The position numbers and the translations under genes are program-made. A stretch of DNA of 64,000 bases from Flavobacteriales bacterium (GTDB taxonomy: Bacteria; Bacteroidota; Bacteroidia; Palsa-965): the NCBI GenBank assembly GCA_040377305.1, contig JBEIPA010000019.1:1-64000 (forward strand), read 5' to 3'. Below the pieces are notes generated by a model. The model saw only the letters and a list, made by a program, of their open reading frames with translations. It was not told where the DNA came from and searched no databases. Each line of letters opens with the position of its first letter. The first letter of the stretch is position 1. Shown one piece after another: positions 1 through 9,646 of the stretch.

Positions 1-36
1 AAATTTAATCTTAACTTTACAACTTCGCCACACTGG

Positions 37-51
37 CCCCCCCCCCCCCCC
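37..51. repeat. C15 homopolymer tract
   Basis: 15 consecutive C upstream of the first CDS. Confidence 0.9.
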
Positions 52-133
52 GACAACTACCGGACACTCACCGCATTTATCAAAAAATCGCCGACAATCA
101 ACATCCTGGTTGTTCCAAGTGGAAAGTCCGCAG

Positions 134-141
134 TATATTCG
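134..141 (+). promoter_or_regulatory. Bacteroidota -7 promoter box variant (TATATTCG)
   Basis: One mismatch to TAnnTTTG, 36 nt before ATG at 178. Confidence 0.45.
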
Positions 142-177
142 CGGCTAAACCTAATACTCACTAATTAAACATTTACA

Positions 178-645
178 ATGGGATTTTTTGGAAAGATTAA
201 ACAGTTCCTTGGAATTGGAACAGTTAAAGTAACAGCAACAGTACCGGGATCATTTTCGGTAGATGATGCTTCAATCAGCGGAACAGTTGAACTCCTTGCG
301 AAAAGCGATCAGGAAGTTGTTAGCGTTGAAGTGAAGTTTGAAGAAAAATGGAGCACAGGTCGTGGGGAAGATAAAACAGAGAAGACGTTTGACCTGGGTA
401 CACAGAAATTCCCTGGCTTCACAATGAAGGCTGGAGAAACGAAGAAACTGGACTACACAGTTCCATTTCACTACTCTAAGTCGAGCAACGATCGCATGGC
501 TGAAAAAGGTGGAGTTGTTGGTGGACTCGGCAAACTTTCAAAATTTGCTGATGCAGAGAAATCAACATTCCAGATTGTAGCTACGTGCGATGTTAAAGGC
601 GCAACGTTTGATCCGAATGATGTGAAAGAAGTGAAGAAGAAATAG
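178..645 (+). CDS. Spo0M/arrestin-N-like protein
   Basis: N-terminus MGFFGKIKQFLGIG.VKV, beta-rich body and C-terminal DV.GA..DP.D are typical of the Spo0M-like family. Confidence 0.6.
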   Translation: MGFFGKIKQFLGIGTVKVTATVPGSFSVDDASISGTVELLAKSDQEVVSVEVKFEEKWSTGRGEDKTEKTFDLGTQKFPGFTMKAGETKKLDYTVPFHYSKSSNDRMAEKGGVVGGLGKLSKFADAEKSTFQIVATCDVKGATFDPNDVKEVKKK

Positions 646-664
646 TCAACTCTTCATAAAATAA

Positions 665-701
665 AAATAGTCCCGATCCGCATGGCGCTTCGGGACTATT
701 T
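665..701 (+). terminator. Hairpin, putative intrinsic terminator
   Basis: 12-bp stem AAATAGTCCCGA/TCGGGACTATTT, 20 nt after the stop codon. Confidence 0.7.
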
Positions 702-874
702 GCGTTTAATCGCTCCGCAACCGGCAGCATATTTAAAAGTACTGACCTACGGTTAAGCTAAATCGGATGCAACTAGCTGTTAAATAAACGAGGCGACAGA
801 CCCAGGTCACACAAATTGATGTTATCAGGATAATAAACGCTTCGGCTCGAGTCGTTGTCCCCTGACCTGATTCC

Positions 875-968
875 TGCAGTTATTTCTATTCCGCATGCAG
901 TTATTAAGGCAGTAGCATGCACATAAGTGCATTTGGTACCGATGGGTAAAGCCAATGGCTGCAGTTAT
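875..968 (+). promoter_or_regulatory. Putative LytTR-binding direct repeats (TGCAGTTAT)
   Basis: Exact copies at 875, 896 and 960, degenerate TGCACATAA at 918; 21-22 bp phasing; a LytS/LytTR pair lies just downstream. Confidence 0.6.
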
Positions 969-1029
969 AAAGTCATTCCCGATTTACCCGCGCAATTCAT
1001 GGAGTTTTGAGAATATAAAATCCACTACC

Positions 1030-3204
1030 ATGAGAAAACTGATCATTTGCGCGGTAACGTTATGCCTTGTCACACTCAATTTAAGTGCACAAAGCACATT
1101 TAATTTCGCGTTTCCAGTCGGAGGCACCGGTAATGAAATCAATGGAGAGAGCGTTACCGATTTTGATGGCAACCTTTACCTGTTTGGTGGATTTTACAGC
1201 ACATCAATTGATGCAGACCCCGGAGCCGGATCGGTAATGATGAGCAACACGCTGGGTGGTGAAGACGGTTTGCTTATTAAATATGATACTGCAGGAAATT
1301 ACCTGTGGTCTCTTCATCTTACCGGACAGTTGACCCAACGGGTAACCGATGTTGCGGTTGATCCCAGCGGAATTTTCGTGTGCGGTTTTTTTCATGACAC
1401 CGTTGATTTTGATCCTGGTGCAGGCGTGACAAACTTAATTGGCAGCGGAACTGCATTTCAGAGTTTTGTTGCAAAATATAATCACAGTGGCGGACTTGTC
1501 TGGGCGAAGGTCATATCCAATTGGTCACAGGCGAATGCAATTGCTTTTACTCCCGCGGGTAATTTATGTGTAGTTGGAATTTTTGGAGGAAGCATAGATT
1601 CTGATCCGGGCCCGGGAGTTGCATTGCTTACAACCAACGGAAGTCATGACTGTTATTATGTTGAGCTGACTCCATCCAACGGAAATTTTATCAGAAGCAC
1701 CTCCTGGGGCAGCGCTGCGCAAGACCGTCCGAATGATGTTGTTAAACTGAACGGTTACATTGTGATCGCGGGCGCGTTCTCAGATTCCTGCGATTTTGAT
1801 CCGGGTCCCGGCACTCACATCGTACCCGCGGCGGGAACACACGATGGCTTCCTCTTATCGCTTGACACAAATCTGCAGTTTTCATGGGTACATACCAATG
1901 GCGTTGCTGCCAATGAATACACGTGCCTCATTGAACAGTCCGCTTCCCTCCAATGCGTAGTTGCAGCGGGTAATACTATTGCCATGTTTGACCTGAGTGG
2001 TATCGCATTGTGGACTGATACGTTGGCACCCAATTGTCTCGTACAACGTCTGCACTTTACGACCAGCAGCGACATAGTGGCGGCAGGACTCTCCTTTTCG
2101 TCCAATGATTTTGATCCTGGTCCGGGCTTTTCAGTGGCTCCATCCGGATGGAATGTGTTCCGTGCAGTATACAACTCAGTCGGTACTTTCCAGAACGTAC
2201 GTTACATCAACGGTGCAACCAGTGTTGCAGGATTAGGAAACACACCATACGGAACGTTCAATATGACCGGACTGTTTCTCGACAGCGCTGATTTCGATCC
2301 ATCAAGCGGCGTACATATGATGTACACTGCATCGCTGAACCTTGAAGACATGTACGTAACACAATACACAGATTGCACAGCACCTGCAATTGCTGATATC
2401 AACCTGTGTACCGGTGATACATTTCTTGTAAATGGTCTTCACCTGACTGCAGTTGAGTTTATTCCCGGCACTCCCCAGATTCTGTGCATTGAATTAAACC
2501 AGGCATATACTGCCAACGAAACATTCTCATGGATTGAATATGGCACAACCGGTTGCGATACCAACCGGATCGTAACGATACACGCAACACCAATCTATAC
2601 GATCAGTCAGACACTGAACATCTGCAGCGGCGATTCAGTAGTTGTCGGAACAAATGTTTACACAAACACCGGAGTGTATACTGATATACTCGCTTCCATT
2701 AGCGGTTGCGACAGTACGGTAACAACGAACCTCACGGTTAATTCAGTAGATACTGCTGTATCCGTTTACTGGTCAACACTAACTTCATCTGCGACCGGAG
2801 CGAGTTATCAATGGATCGACTGCGGAACAGGCTTACCGATTGCAGGAGCAACATCAGCTGCATTTACGGCAACTACAAACGGATTGTTTGCGTGCATTGT
2901 AACACAGAACGCCTGCACCGATACATCCAGCTGTTACAGTATTACAGATGTAGGATTGACCGAGCAGATACAGCATGAAAATATTAGTTGCTACCCTAAC
3001 CCGACAAAAGGTTCGGTTACTATTGTTGCCCAGTCGGGTATTACCAGTATCCGCATTCTTGATTTGAGCGGAAGACTTCTTTTCAGCAACACTGCAACGG
3101 GAAATACAGCCGTTATTGATCTTGAATTGCTCACCACCGGGACTTACATTATTGAAGTAACTACAGGCGGGACACAGATCAGACAACGCGTACTGAAGGA
3201 GTAA
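1030..3204 (+). CDS. T9SS type-A substrate with SBBP-like beta-propeller repeats
   Basis: Signal peptide MRKLII..SAQ (start moved from 955 to ATG 1030); repeated DFDPGPG motifs; GCDS/T repeats; CTD YPNPT..ILDLSGR..GTYII..RVLKE. Confidence 0.85.
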   Translation: MRKLIICAVTLCLVTLNLSAQSTFNFAFPVGGTGNEINGESVTDFDGNLYLFGGFYSTSIDADPGAGSVMMSNTLGGEDGLLIKYDTAGNYLWSLHLTGQLTQRVTDVAVDPSGIFVCGFFHDTVDFDPGAGVTNLIGSGTAFQSFVAKYNHSGGLVWAKVISNWSQANAIAFTPAGNLCVVGIFGGSIDSDPGPGVALLTTNGSHDCYYVELTPSNGNFIRSTSWGSAAQDRPNDVVKLNGYIVIAGAFSDSCDFDPGPGTHIVPAAGTHDGFLLSLDTNLQFSWVHTNGVAANEYTCLIEQSASLQCVVAAGNTIAMFDLSGIALWTDTLAPNCLVQRLHFTTSSDIVAAGLSFSSNDFDPGPGFSVAPSGWNVFRAVYNSVGTFQNVRYINGATSVAGLGNTPYGTFNMTGLFLDSADFDPSSGVHMMYTASLNLEDMYVTQYTDCTAPAIADINLCTGDTFLVNGLHLTAVEFIPGTPQILCIELNQAYTANETFSWIEYGTTGCDTNRIVTIHATPIYTISQTLNICSGDSVVVGTNVYTNTGVYTDILASISGCDSTVTTNLTVNSVDTAVSVYWSTLTSSATGASYQWIDCGTGLPIAGATSAAFTATTNGLFACIVTQNACTDTSSCYSITDVGLTEQIQHENISCYPNPTKGSVTIVAQSGITSIRILDLSGRLLFSNTATGNTAVIDLELLTTGTYIIEVTTGGTQIRQRVLKE

Positions 3205-3273
3205 TCCAATACAAGTCAATAGCGCATACTGATCACATTTCTTTAATTTCGCTAGGTCCTAATCGCTGCTGAA

Positions 3274-5181
3274 TTGACACGCCAATCGGTGCTACTTTTC
3301 CTGATTACTCTTTGCCTGAGTGTAACTGCTTCGGCACAGTTGCAGGTTGATAGCTTAAGAGACGCTTGTGTGAATGGAAGTGACAGCCTTCGTGCGGATG
3401 CATACCTGCAGATCGGGAAACAATATTTTGTCCAGTTTGCTTACACTGACTCATTGATTAACAATAGCAGGAAAGCACTGGCCATCGCCGAGAAAACGGG
3501 AAATGCAATCCAAAAATTTCAGGCTAAAAAACAGATTGCCGTAGGCTATGTGCAGGCCGGAGATTCTGCGAACGCAGTAGTCGCAGCAAACGCAGCTCTC
3601 CAGGAAGCTCAAGACTCAAGAGACAGTACGCACATTGCAGACATCTTTCATCTGTACGCAAGCCTCTACGGTAATCTAGGAATGACAGATACTGCACTTG
3701 CCTACCTTGTACGCGAAGCGGAAACTGCAATCGCGGTACAGTATTACAATGCAACTGCAATTGCTTACTCCTCTATTGCGTGGATCTACCGTGGCCGGCA
3801 ACAATTTGACAAAATGCTGTTCTACCACCGTAAGGCACTCGCAATTGTAAACAAGATGGAGCCCACGGTTATCGGTAACATCATACAGGTGTACGTTACC
3901 TCATCACAAGGCTATCTTTTGTCGGGTCAACACGATAGCAGTGAAGTGCTGGTGGACAGTGCAAAAGTTCTTGCAGATAGTGTGCTTGCACTTTCTGTGC
4001 GTTATTCGCGCAATCCCCCACAGGCCAGTGCCTATTGGGTTTATGCACAACATGCGTTGTTTTATAAGCAATTCGAAAGTGCGGAGAAGTTTGCTCTCAA
4101 GGCATTGGAATTCCGGAATTTCATCCCGGATCGTTCCATACTGATCATGTATACAACTATTGCAGCAGCAAATGCCCATTTGAAAAATCCAGCACGTGCA
4201 CTGCTCTACCTGGATTCTGCCCGAAGTTCGCCTGCTCTTTCCGAATTGTATTACCGGAATGATCTTGCGCTTGCATCCTGGATTGTTTACAGTAAGCTCG
4301 GAAATTTCGAGGCTGCACTGAAAGCACATGAACTGTACATGGCAACTCAGGACAGTCTCAACAACATGATTTCCACCCGTACGATCAATGAAATTGAGCA
4401 AGCCTTTCACAAGGAGGAAAATGAAAAAGAAATTCAGCGTCTTGCCCATCAGCAGGAAATCTCATCGCTGAATAATAAATTGCTCACTGCCGGAATCAGT
4501 GCTACGGTATTGCTCACACTTCTCCTCTTCCTGTTTTTCCGCCAGCGCAATCTTAAAAACAAGCAGGATCTGCTGGTAACGGAACAACGCCTGAATCGCG
4601 CCCGCATGGATCCTCATTTTCTCTTCAACACATTCACTGCACTACAGGGTTTGGCACTCAGAGAAAAAGACCCTGTTAAGACGGCCGGATTTCTGTCCGA
4701 TTATTCAGTCATCATGCGCCAGACCCTGGAAAGCACATTTCAGGAATTAATTCCAATCGAAGATGAAGTGGCATACCTCGAAAAGTATCTTTCACTGCAA
4801 CAGATGCGCATGGCCGGAAAATTTAATTATGCTGTTTCTGTTGCGGATGATATTGATCCGACTGAACTTCATGTACCGGGAATGATCATTCAACCGTTCA
4901 TTGAAAATTCTATCGAACATGCGTTCGTAAACATCACCCACCCGGGAATGCTTAACATACATTTCGCGAATACCGGAAGCGGTCTGAAAATTACAATCAC
5001 GGATAACGGCCCCGGATTTTCGGAGAACAAACAGGACAAAACCTATCCGTCACGTGCAACCGGCATCATCAGAGACCGTTTGTTGCTGCTCAATCAGAAA
5101 CACAAATCAAGTGCGCATTACACGCTGGAATCAAAAACCTCTGGTGTAACGGTTATCATTCACTTACCCCTGCTCACATGA
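3274..5181 (+). CDS. LytS/YehU-type sensor histidine kinase with TPR-like periplasmic region
   Basis: RARMDPHFLFN H-box, IQPFIENSIEHA, ITDNGPG; one TM before the kinase domain. Confidence 0.9.
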   Translation: MTRQSVLLFLITLCLSVTASAQLQVDSLRDACVNGSDSLRADAYLQIGKQYFVQFAYTDSLINNSRKALAIAEKTGNAIQKFQAKKQIAVGYVQAGDSANAVVAANAALQEAQDSRDSTHIADIFHLYASLYGNLGMTDTALAYLVREAETAIAVQYYNATAIAYSSIAWIYRGRQQFDKMLFYHRKALAIVNKMEPTVIGNIIQVYVTSSQGYLLSGQHDSSEVLVDSAKVLADSVLALSVRYSRNPPQASAYWVYAQHALFYKQFESAEKFALKALEFRNFIPDRSILIMYTTIAAANAHLKNPARALLYLDSARSSPALSELYYRNDLALASWIVYSKLGNFEAALKAHELYMATQDSLNNMISTRTINEIEQAFHKEENEKEIQRLAHQQEISSLNNKLLTAGISATVLLTLLLFLFFRQRNLKNKQDLLVTEQRLNRARMDPHFLFNTFTALQGLALREKDPVKTAGFLSDYSVIMRQTLESTFQELIPIEDEVAYLEKYLSLQQMRMAGKFNYAVSVADDIDPTELHVPGMIIQPFIENSIEHAFVNITHPGMLNIHFANTGSGLKITITDNGPGFSENKQDKTYPSRATGIIRDRLLLLNQKHKSSAHYTLESKTSGVTVIIHLPLLT

Positions 5182-5924
5182 AAGCACTTATCATAGATAA
5201 TGAAGAACCGATCCGCAATGCACTGAAAACTCTTCTGGAGTCACTGTGTCCGCAGGTGAGCCCCGTACTGGAAGCCACAGGTGTTGCAAATGGAATTGCC
5301 GCTATCAAAGAACACCAGCCGGATGTAATATTTCTGGATGTTGAAATGGACGACGGTACCGGTTTTGATCTCGTGAGACAGCTCACTTCTGTACCATTCG
5401 AAATCGTATTTATTACTGCACATAACAAATACGCGGTTGAAGCATTCCGGTTAAGCGCTATTGACTTTTTACTGAAACCATTTTCCGGTGATGAGATTGT
5501 GCGAAGTGTTGAACGGGTATCGAAGCAGCTGAAGTCAAAAGACATTGTTCATCAGTTACAAGTGCTTCAGGAAAGTCTCGGTACCATTAAAAGCGCCGAC
5601 AAGAAAATTGTTCTCCGTGATGCGGACTCCTTTCACTTCATTAATGTGGGTGATATTGTGCGCTGTGAAGCCGATGGTGCTTATACACGCTTTCACATTC
5701 TCGGAATGAAGGAAATTCTCATTTCAAAAGGACTTAAAGAGTACGAAGATCTACTGGCACCTTTCCAGTTCATTCGCGTGCATCATTCACATCTTATCAA
5801 TCTGCGGCAGGTTGTACGCTTTGACAAAGCCGATGGTGGGGCATTGATCATGGTCAACAAAGACACTGTGCCGGTGTCGCAACGAAAACGGGAAGTATTG
5901 TTGGAAGCATTGAACCAGATATAA
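5178..5924 (+). CDS. LytTR-family response regulator
   Basis: Receiver FLDVEM, FITAH, FLLKP; LytTR FIRVHHSHLINL and VPVSQRK; ATGA overlap with the kinase. Confidence 0.95.
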   Translation: MKALIIDNEEPIRNALKTLLESLCPQVSPVLEATGVANGIAAIKEHQPDVIFLDVEMDDGTGFDLVRQLTSVPFEIVFITAHNKYAVEAFRLSAIDFLLKPFSGDEIVRSVERVSKQLKSKDIVHQLQVLQESLGTIKSADKKIVLRDADSFHFINVGDIVRCEADGAYTRFHILGMKEILISKGLKEYEDLLAPFQFIRVHHSHLINLRQVVRFDKADGGALIMVNKDTVPVSQRKREVLLEALNQI

Positions 5925-5961
5925 CTTGTTCGTTATGCCGGAATTGGTATTCGGCCAATAC

Positions 5962-6993
5962 TCATAAGTAAATAATCACCGCCACACCTTCCTCCATCGT
6001 TCGCTCACACGTATGCGCGGGATTCCATTTAGGCATGTCTTTTACGAGACAGGTTATTCCACGCACAATGCCTGGTGTAATCCACCATTGCCTGAACACA
6101 GCAACGTTTGTCACAGAACCATCTTCCAGCACATCGAAAACAACGAACACCGGTGTCAGTTCTTCATTACCGAGGTTCAGTGAATCGTATTTTGACTTCG
6201 AGGTCATGAAATAATTATTCATTTCTTCTACACCACCTGGAAAACTGCAAGTCGTTAATCTTGGTTCTCCATAACGATTACTGCAGGTATCGATCGTTGA
6301 TGCAATCTCCCATGCGCAGTAACTTTCCCAATATTGTGAGTGCTTGAGAACTTTAATCACATGAAATCCGAGTGGAGTTTCAACCACTCCGAAAGTTCCG
6401 GTGTCATTTCTGAATCCTGCATCCAGCACATCGACAGGAAAATCTGATTCTCTGGTTAACCATCCGTAATTACCACGGTTCCCGTTCCATGAACCCGGGT
6501 CGTCTGTTTCCCAGGTTCCGATTTCTTCGATGAAAATTCTGCGCTGCCGTAGTTCCTTACACATACTATCCGCGAGCAGCTTTGCATGATCGCGATTGCG
6601 TTTGACGTACGGTGGAGCATTCGTTGCACCTTTCCATGAAATCAGAATCTGCTGAATCTGCATGGAGTCGCAGGTCATTTCCTTATCCACCAAACGATAA
6701 ACCCCAATACAATTCTTATCGACATAAGGTCCGAGCACATCTCCTGATTTTGCTTCCAGAAAATCATTCTCGGATCCGTTAGGAAATTTTCCTGCGTGAA
6801 AGTAAACCGGTCTCGGCTCTGCCTTTTTGTTGAAGCTGCCAACAAATACAGTATCATGTGAAGACGGATACTCCTGCCACATTTCAGCAACCTTGCTCAA
6901 TGACCTTACCTTTTGCACAACCACAGAATCGCTTACGGTGCCAAACAAAGTCAAATGAATTAGTAGAATCCAAAATGTAAATACCTGTTTCAT
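5962..6993 (-). CDS. Exported parvulin (PpiD-like) domain + TonB C-terminal domain protein
   Basis: QILISWKGA..DDPGS..GNYGW..VVETPLGFHVIKV, followed by FPGG..VFVVFDVLEDGSVTNV..MPKWNPA. Confidence 0.7.
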   Translation of the reverse strand: MKQVFTFWILLIHLTLFGTVSDSVVVQKVRSLSKVAEMWQEYPSSHDTVFVGSFNKKAEPRPVYFHAGKFPNGSENDFLEAKSGDVLGPYVDKNCIGVYRLVDKEMTCDSMQIQQILISWKGATNAPPYVKRNRDHAKLLADSMCKELRQRRIFIEEIGTWETDDPGSWNGNRGNYGWLTRESDFPVDVLDAGFRNDTGTFGVVETPLGFHVIKVLKHSQYWESYCAWEIASTIDTCSNRYGEPRLTTCSFPGGVEEMNNYFMTSKSKYDSLNLGNEELTPVFVVFDVLEDGSVTNVAVFRQWWITPGIVRGITCLVKDMPKWNPAHTCERTMEEGVAVIIYL

Positions 6994-7136
6994 GTTACAC
7001 AGTAATAAAACACTTCAATCTTCTCTCCGTACTCCGTGCAAATGCTGCTGAACACAATCTGCTTTCTATTGCTTAACGTTGCAAACTCTTTATCGTGTCT
7101 TCCGAATACTACACGCGACCACCACGGTCTATGCAG

Positions 7137-7586
7137 TCAACGTACGGATACAGCTTTATCTTTTTCAAGGAGATCTTTCAATCCCTTCAGAACTTTACAC
7201 CAATTTTCTTCAGAATGCTTCTTCGTTCTTACATCAGGAACATTTTCTTGTGTTACTCTTACAAACGTTGTTTCTCCATCGCCTGCGAGTTCGTAGGTAA
7301 CGTTCACGTAATTCTCAGGCTTGTCTTCGATACCTGACATAGAGCTCCAATGCGTAAAGCGTATAAGCTGATTGGGAACCACAGTTAAGATCGTTCCTTT
7401 GTCTTCGTACGTTTTACCTTCGTGTTCACCGGTAAAACGAATTTCTCCACCCTCCTTCCAATCGGTGTGCAGGTCGGTTCCAAAAAAATACTTTTTCACG
7501 AGTTCAGGTTTGGTAAGCGCATCCCAAACCTGTGAAACGGGTGCCTCAATCTGTACTTTCGCATGAGCAATAATGTCGCTTTTCAT
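7137..7586 (-). CDS. SRPBCC/AHSA1 domain protein
   Basis: IEAPVSQVWDALTKPELVKKYFFG..W..VL.GLK.LLE. Confidence 0.9.
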   Translation of the reverse strand: MKSDIIAHAKVQIEAPVSQVWDALTKPELVKKYFFGTDLHTDWKEGGEIRFTGEHEGKTYEDKGTILTVVPNQLIRFTHWSSMSGIEDKPENYVNVTYELAGDGETTFVRVTQENVPDVRTKKHSEENWCKVLKGLKDLLEKDKAVSVR

Positions 7587-7741
7587 TGGTTAAAACTTCT
7601 TAGTTAATACCAATACATAGAATCTCATGCCAATGAAGAGCACTGGTCTAAACGTTGGAATTTCAACGGTAAACACTCAGGGTAAATTCGGAATTGTTGG
7701 ATTGTCTCTACACTATCAGCTAGAAATTCCTCGATGGGAAT

Positions 7742-9484
7742 TTACTTGCGCGACTCAAATTTGATCGGAATCACACACTTGCTGCGCACGGGTCTTCCAT
7801 CTTGTTTACCTGGAATGTGCGGAGGAAAAGTAGACACAACCCGTTTTGCTTCTTCGTTTAATTCGGGAGCTTCAGGAATTCCTTTCACTACTTCAACTGA
7901 ACTGATGTACCCATTGCGTTCAACAACGTAACTCACATAGACGATTCCTGCTTTGCCCGAGGTAGCCGGATAGACTGTATTCTTCCTGACATACTCGCGC
8001 ATTTGATCCCAACCGCCTGGAAACTCCGGCATGATTTCGCAATAAGCATAAACCTGATTGGTGTCTTCTTCCATTTGATTCTGCTCAATCCAATATGCTT
8101 CAATTTCCGGGTTCCATTCTGTTGTTGGTGCACCGAAATCCTCATTGGTCTCTGCAATTCGCCCCTCTTCCACCACTCTATCCACAACGTTCCGGTTAAA
8201 GTCGCGCATATCGGTAAACATACTTCCCGGCAAATTGCTGTCGAATATTTCCTTGAACTCCTTCGAATTCTTATTCAGTACTTTTCCTTGCTCGTTCCAC
8301 GCTGTCGCTTTCACAACTTGCCCGTTCTCAGCAATGTCGTATTCGAGCATCTTCCGTCCGTTCGAATACCAACGTGTATATATTCCCTGAATAACTCCAT
8401 CCTTATACGGCGTGCAGGAGTGCTTTTTTCCATTGGTATAATACACACACCAATCGCCATGACGCCGTTCGTTATTCAGGTACCCTTCAATCAGAAGAAA
8501 ACCATTTGCGTCTGACTCCGTCCAGGTTGAATTCGTTGTTCCCGGAATGTAAATCTGCTTTACCGCAGTCTTTCCGGAAGCGTAATACGTATACATGGAA
8601 TCTAAAACACCCATCGAATACCACTTGCGCTTCATCACATGGCCTTCGCGTGCAAATTCAGATTGAGCTCCGTTGCGAAGCCCGTTTTTATACTGATCGG
8701 TACGAAGCAACAATCCGTTCCTGAAATATTTACTCGTACCATGTAACTGCCCGTTCGAATAATTTTCTTCTACGGTTAATTTTCCTGTCTCCTCGTCGAA
8801 TCGGGATGAAACTCCGTCAAGTTCACCATTTGCATAGTGAAACGCTTGTATCCGGATTTTGTCTTTCCATGCATAATGCCAGCCGTGCTTCAATCCGTCC
8901 TTGTATTCATCAGTAGTTTCCGGAAATGTATCAGAAGAAAACTCGGGATATAAAATCCACGTTCCATGCGGAAGACCTTCTTTAAAAGTTTCAGTGGATT
9001 TAACCTTGGCTGATTTATACCACGATTTTTTGTAGACCGTTACTCCAGCGTTCGAAACAATCGAATCGCGCATTACACCGTTCGGATACCAGTACCGTTG
9101 AGTTCCATGGGGTTGTCCGTCGATCAGATTTTCATCGCTGATCATAAGCCCAGTGTTGTCATAGGTTTTCCAGTTACCGCACTTTCTATTCATGCAGTAT
9201 TGTCCTTTTACAAATGGCTTTCCATCTGCGTAGAACTCCTCGTACTTGCCATTGATTGTATCAAATACGAAATTGGCAATCGTCACTACATTTCCCTGAT
9301 CATCGTAATATTTCCACTGACCATTGCGGTGATAGTTCTTCACTTTGCCCGACGCACTAACCTTGCCGCTCGGATAATAGAATTTGTACTTCCCTTTCTT
9401 TTTGGTGATTTCCTGTGCGTGGATATCACCAAAACTGAAAATCAGTAAAACGAAGATGGCAATGCAGCTGAAAAATTTACTCAT
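7742..9484 (-). CDS. Exported MORN-variant repeat protein with TonB C-terminal domain
   Basis: Signal peptide; many G.W..YY.NG repeats; MPEFPGG..VYVSYVVERNGYIS..PGKQDGRPVRS..IPIKF. Confidence 0.85.
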   Translation of the reverse strand: MSKFFSCIAIFVLLIFSFGDIHAQEITKKKGKYKFYYPSGKVSASGKVKNYHRNGQWKYYDDQGNVVTIANFVFDTINGKYEEFYADGKPFVKGQYCMNRKCGNWKTYDNTGLMISDENLIDGQPHGTQRYWYPNGVMRDSIVSNAGVTVYKKSWYKSAKVKSTETFKEGLPHGTWILYPEFSSDTFPETTDEYKDGLKHGWHYAWKDKIRIQAFHYANGELDGVSSRFDEETGKLTVEENYSNGQLHGTSKYFRNGLLLRTDQYKNGLRNGAQSEFAREGHVMKRKWYSMGVLDSMYTYYASGKTAVKQIYIPGTTNSTWTESDANGFLLIEGYLNNERRHGDWCVYYTNGKKHSCTPYKDGVIQGIYTRWYSNGRKMLEYDIAENGQVVKATAWNEQGKVLNKNSKEFKEIFDSNLPGSMFTDMRDFNRNVVDRVVEEGRIAETNEDFGAPTTEWNPEIEAYWIEQNQMEEDTNQVYAYCEIMPEFPGGWDQMREYVRKNTVYPATSGKAGIVYVSYVVERNGYISSVEVVKGIPEAPELNEEAKRVVSTFPPHIPGKQDGRPVRSKCVIPIKFESRK

Positions 9485-9510
9485 CCGTGATTCATTCTAA
9501 AATGGAATTC

Positions 9511-9541
9511 ATGAATCCGAATAAACGGAGGTCGGATTCAT
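9511..9541. promoter_or_regulatory. 10-bp inverted repeat (operator or hairpin) upstream of the 7742..9484 gene
   Basis: ATGAATCCGA-N11-TCGGATTCAT. Confidence 0.4.
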
Positions 9542-9598
9542 TGCACGTGAAGTTAATAAGAGCCCTGAAATCCTCAGTACGTTTTAACGCTGGTTCAC

Positions 9599-9628
9599 AA
9601 AAAAAGGGCGACGTTTCCAGCGTCGCCC
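9599..9628 (-). terminator. Intrinsic terminator
   Basis: Minus strand GGGCGACG-CTGGAAA-CGTCGCCC followed by T7. Confidence 0.85.
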
Positions 9629-9646
9629 CACACCCGTTTGCGTGTA

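Noticed and set aside
7618-7633. Sigma54 promoter for the SRPBCC gene
   Set aside because: TTGGCAT is present but the -12 element does not match at the right spacing
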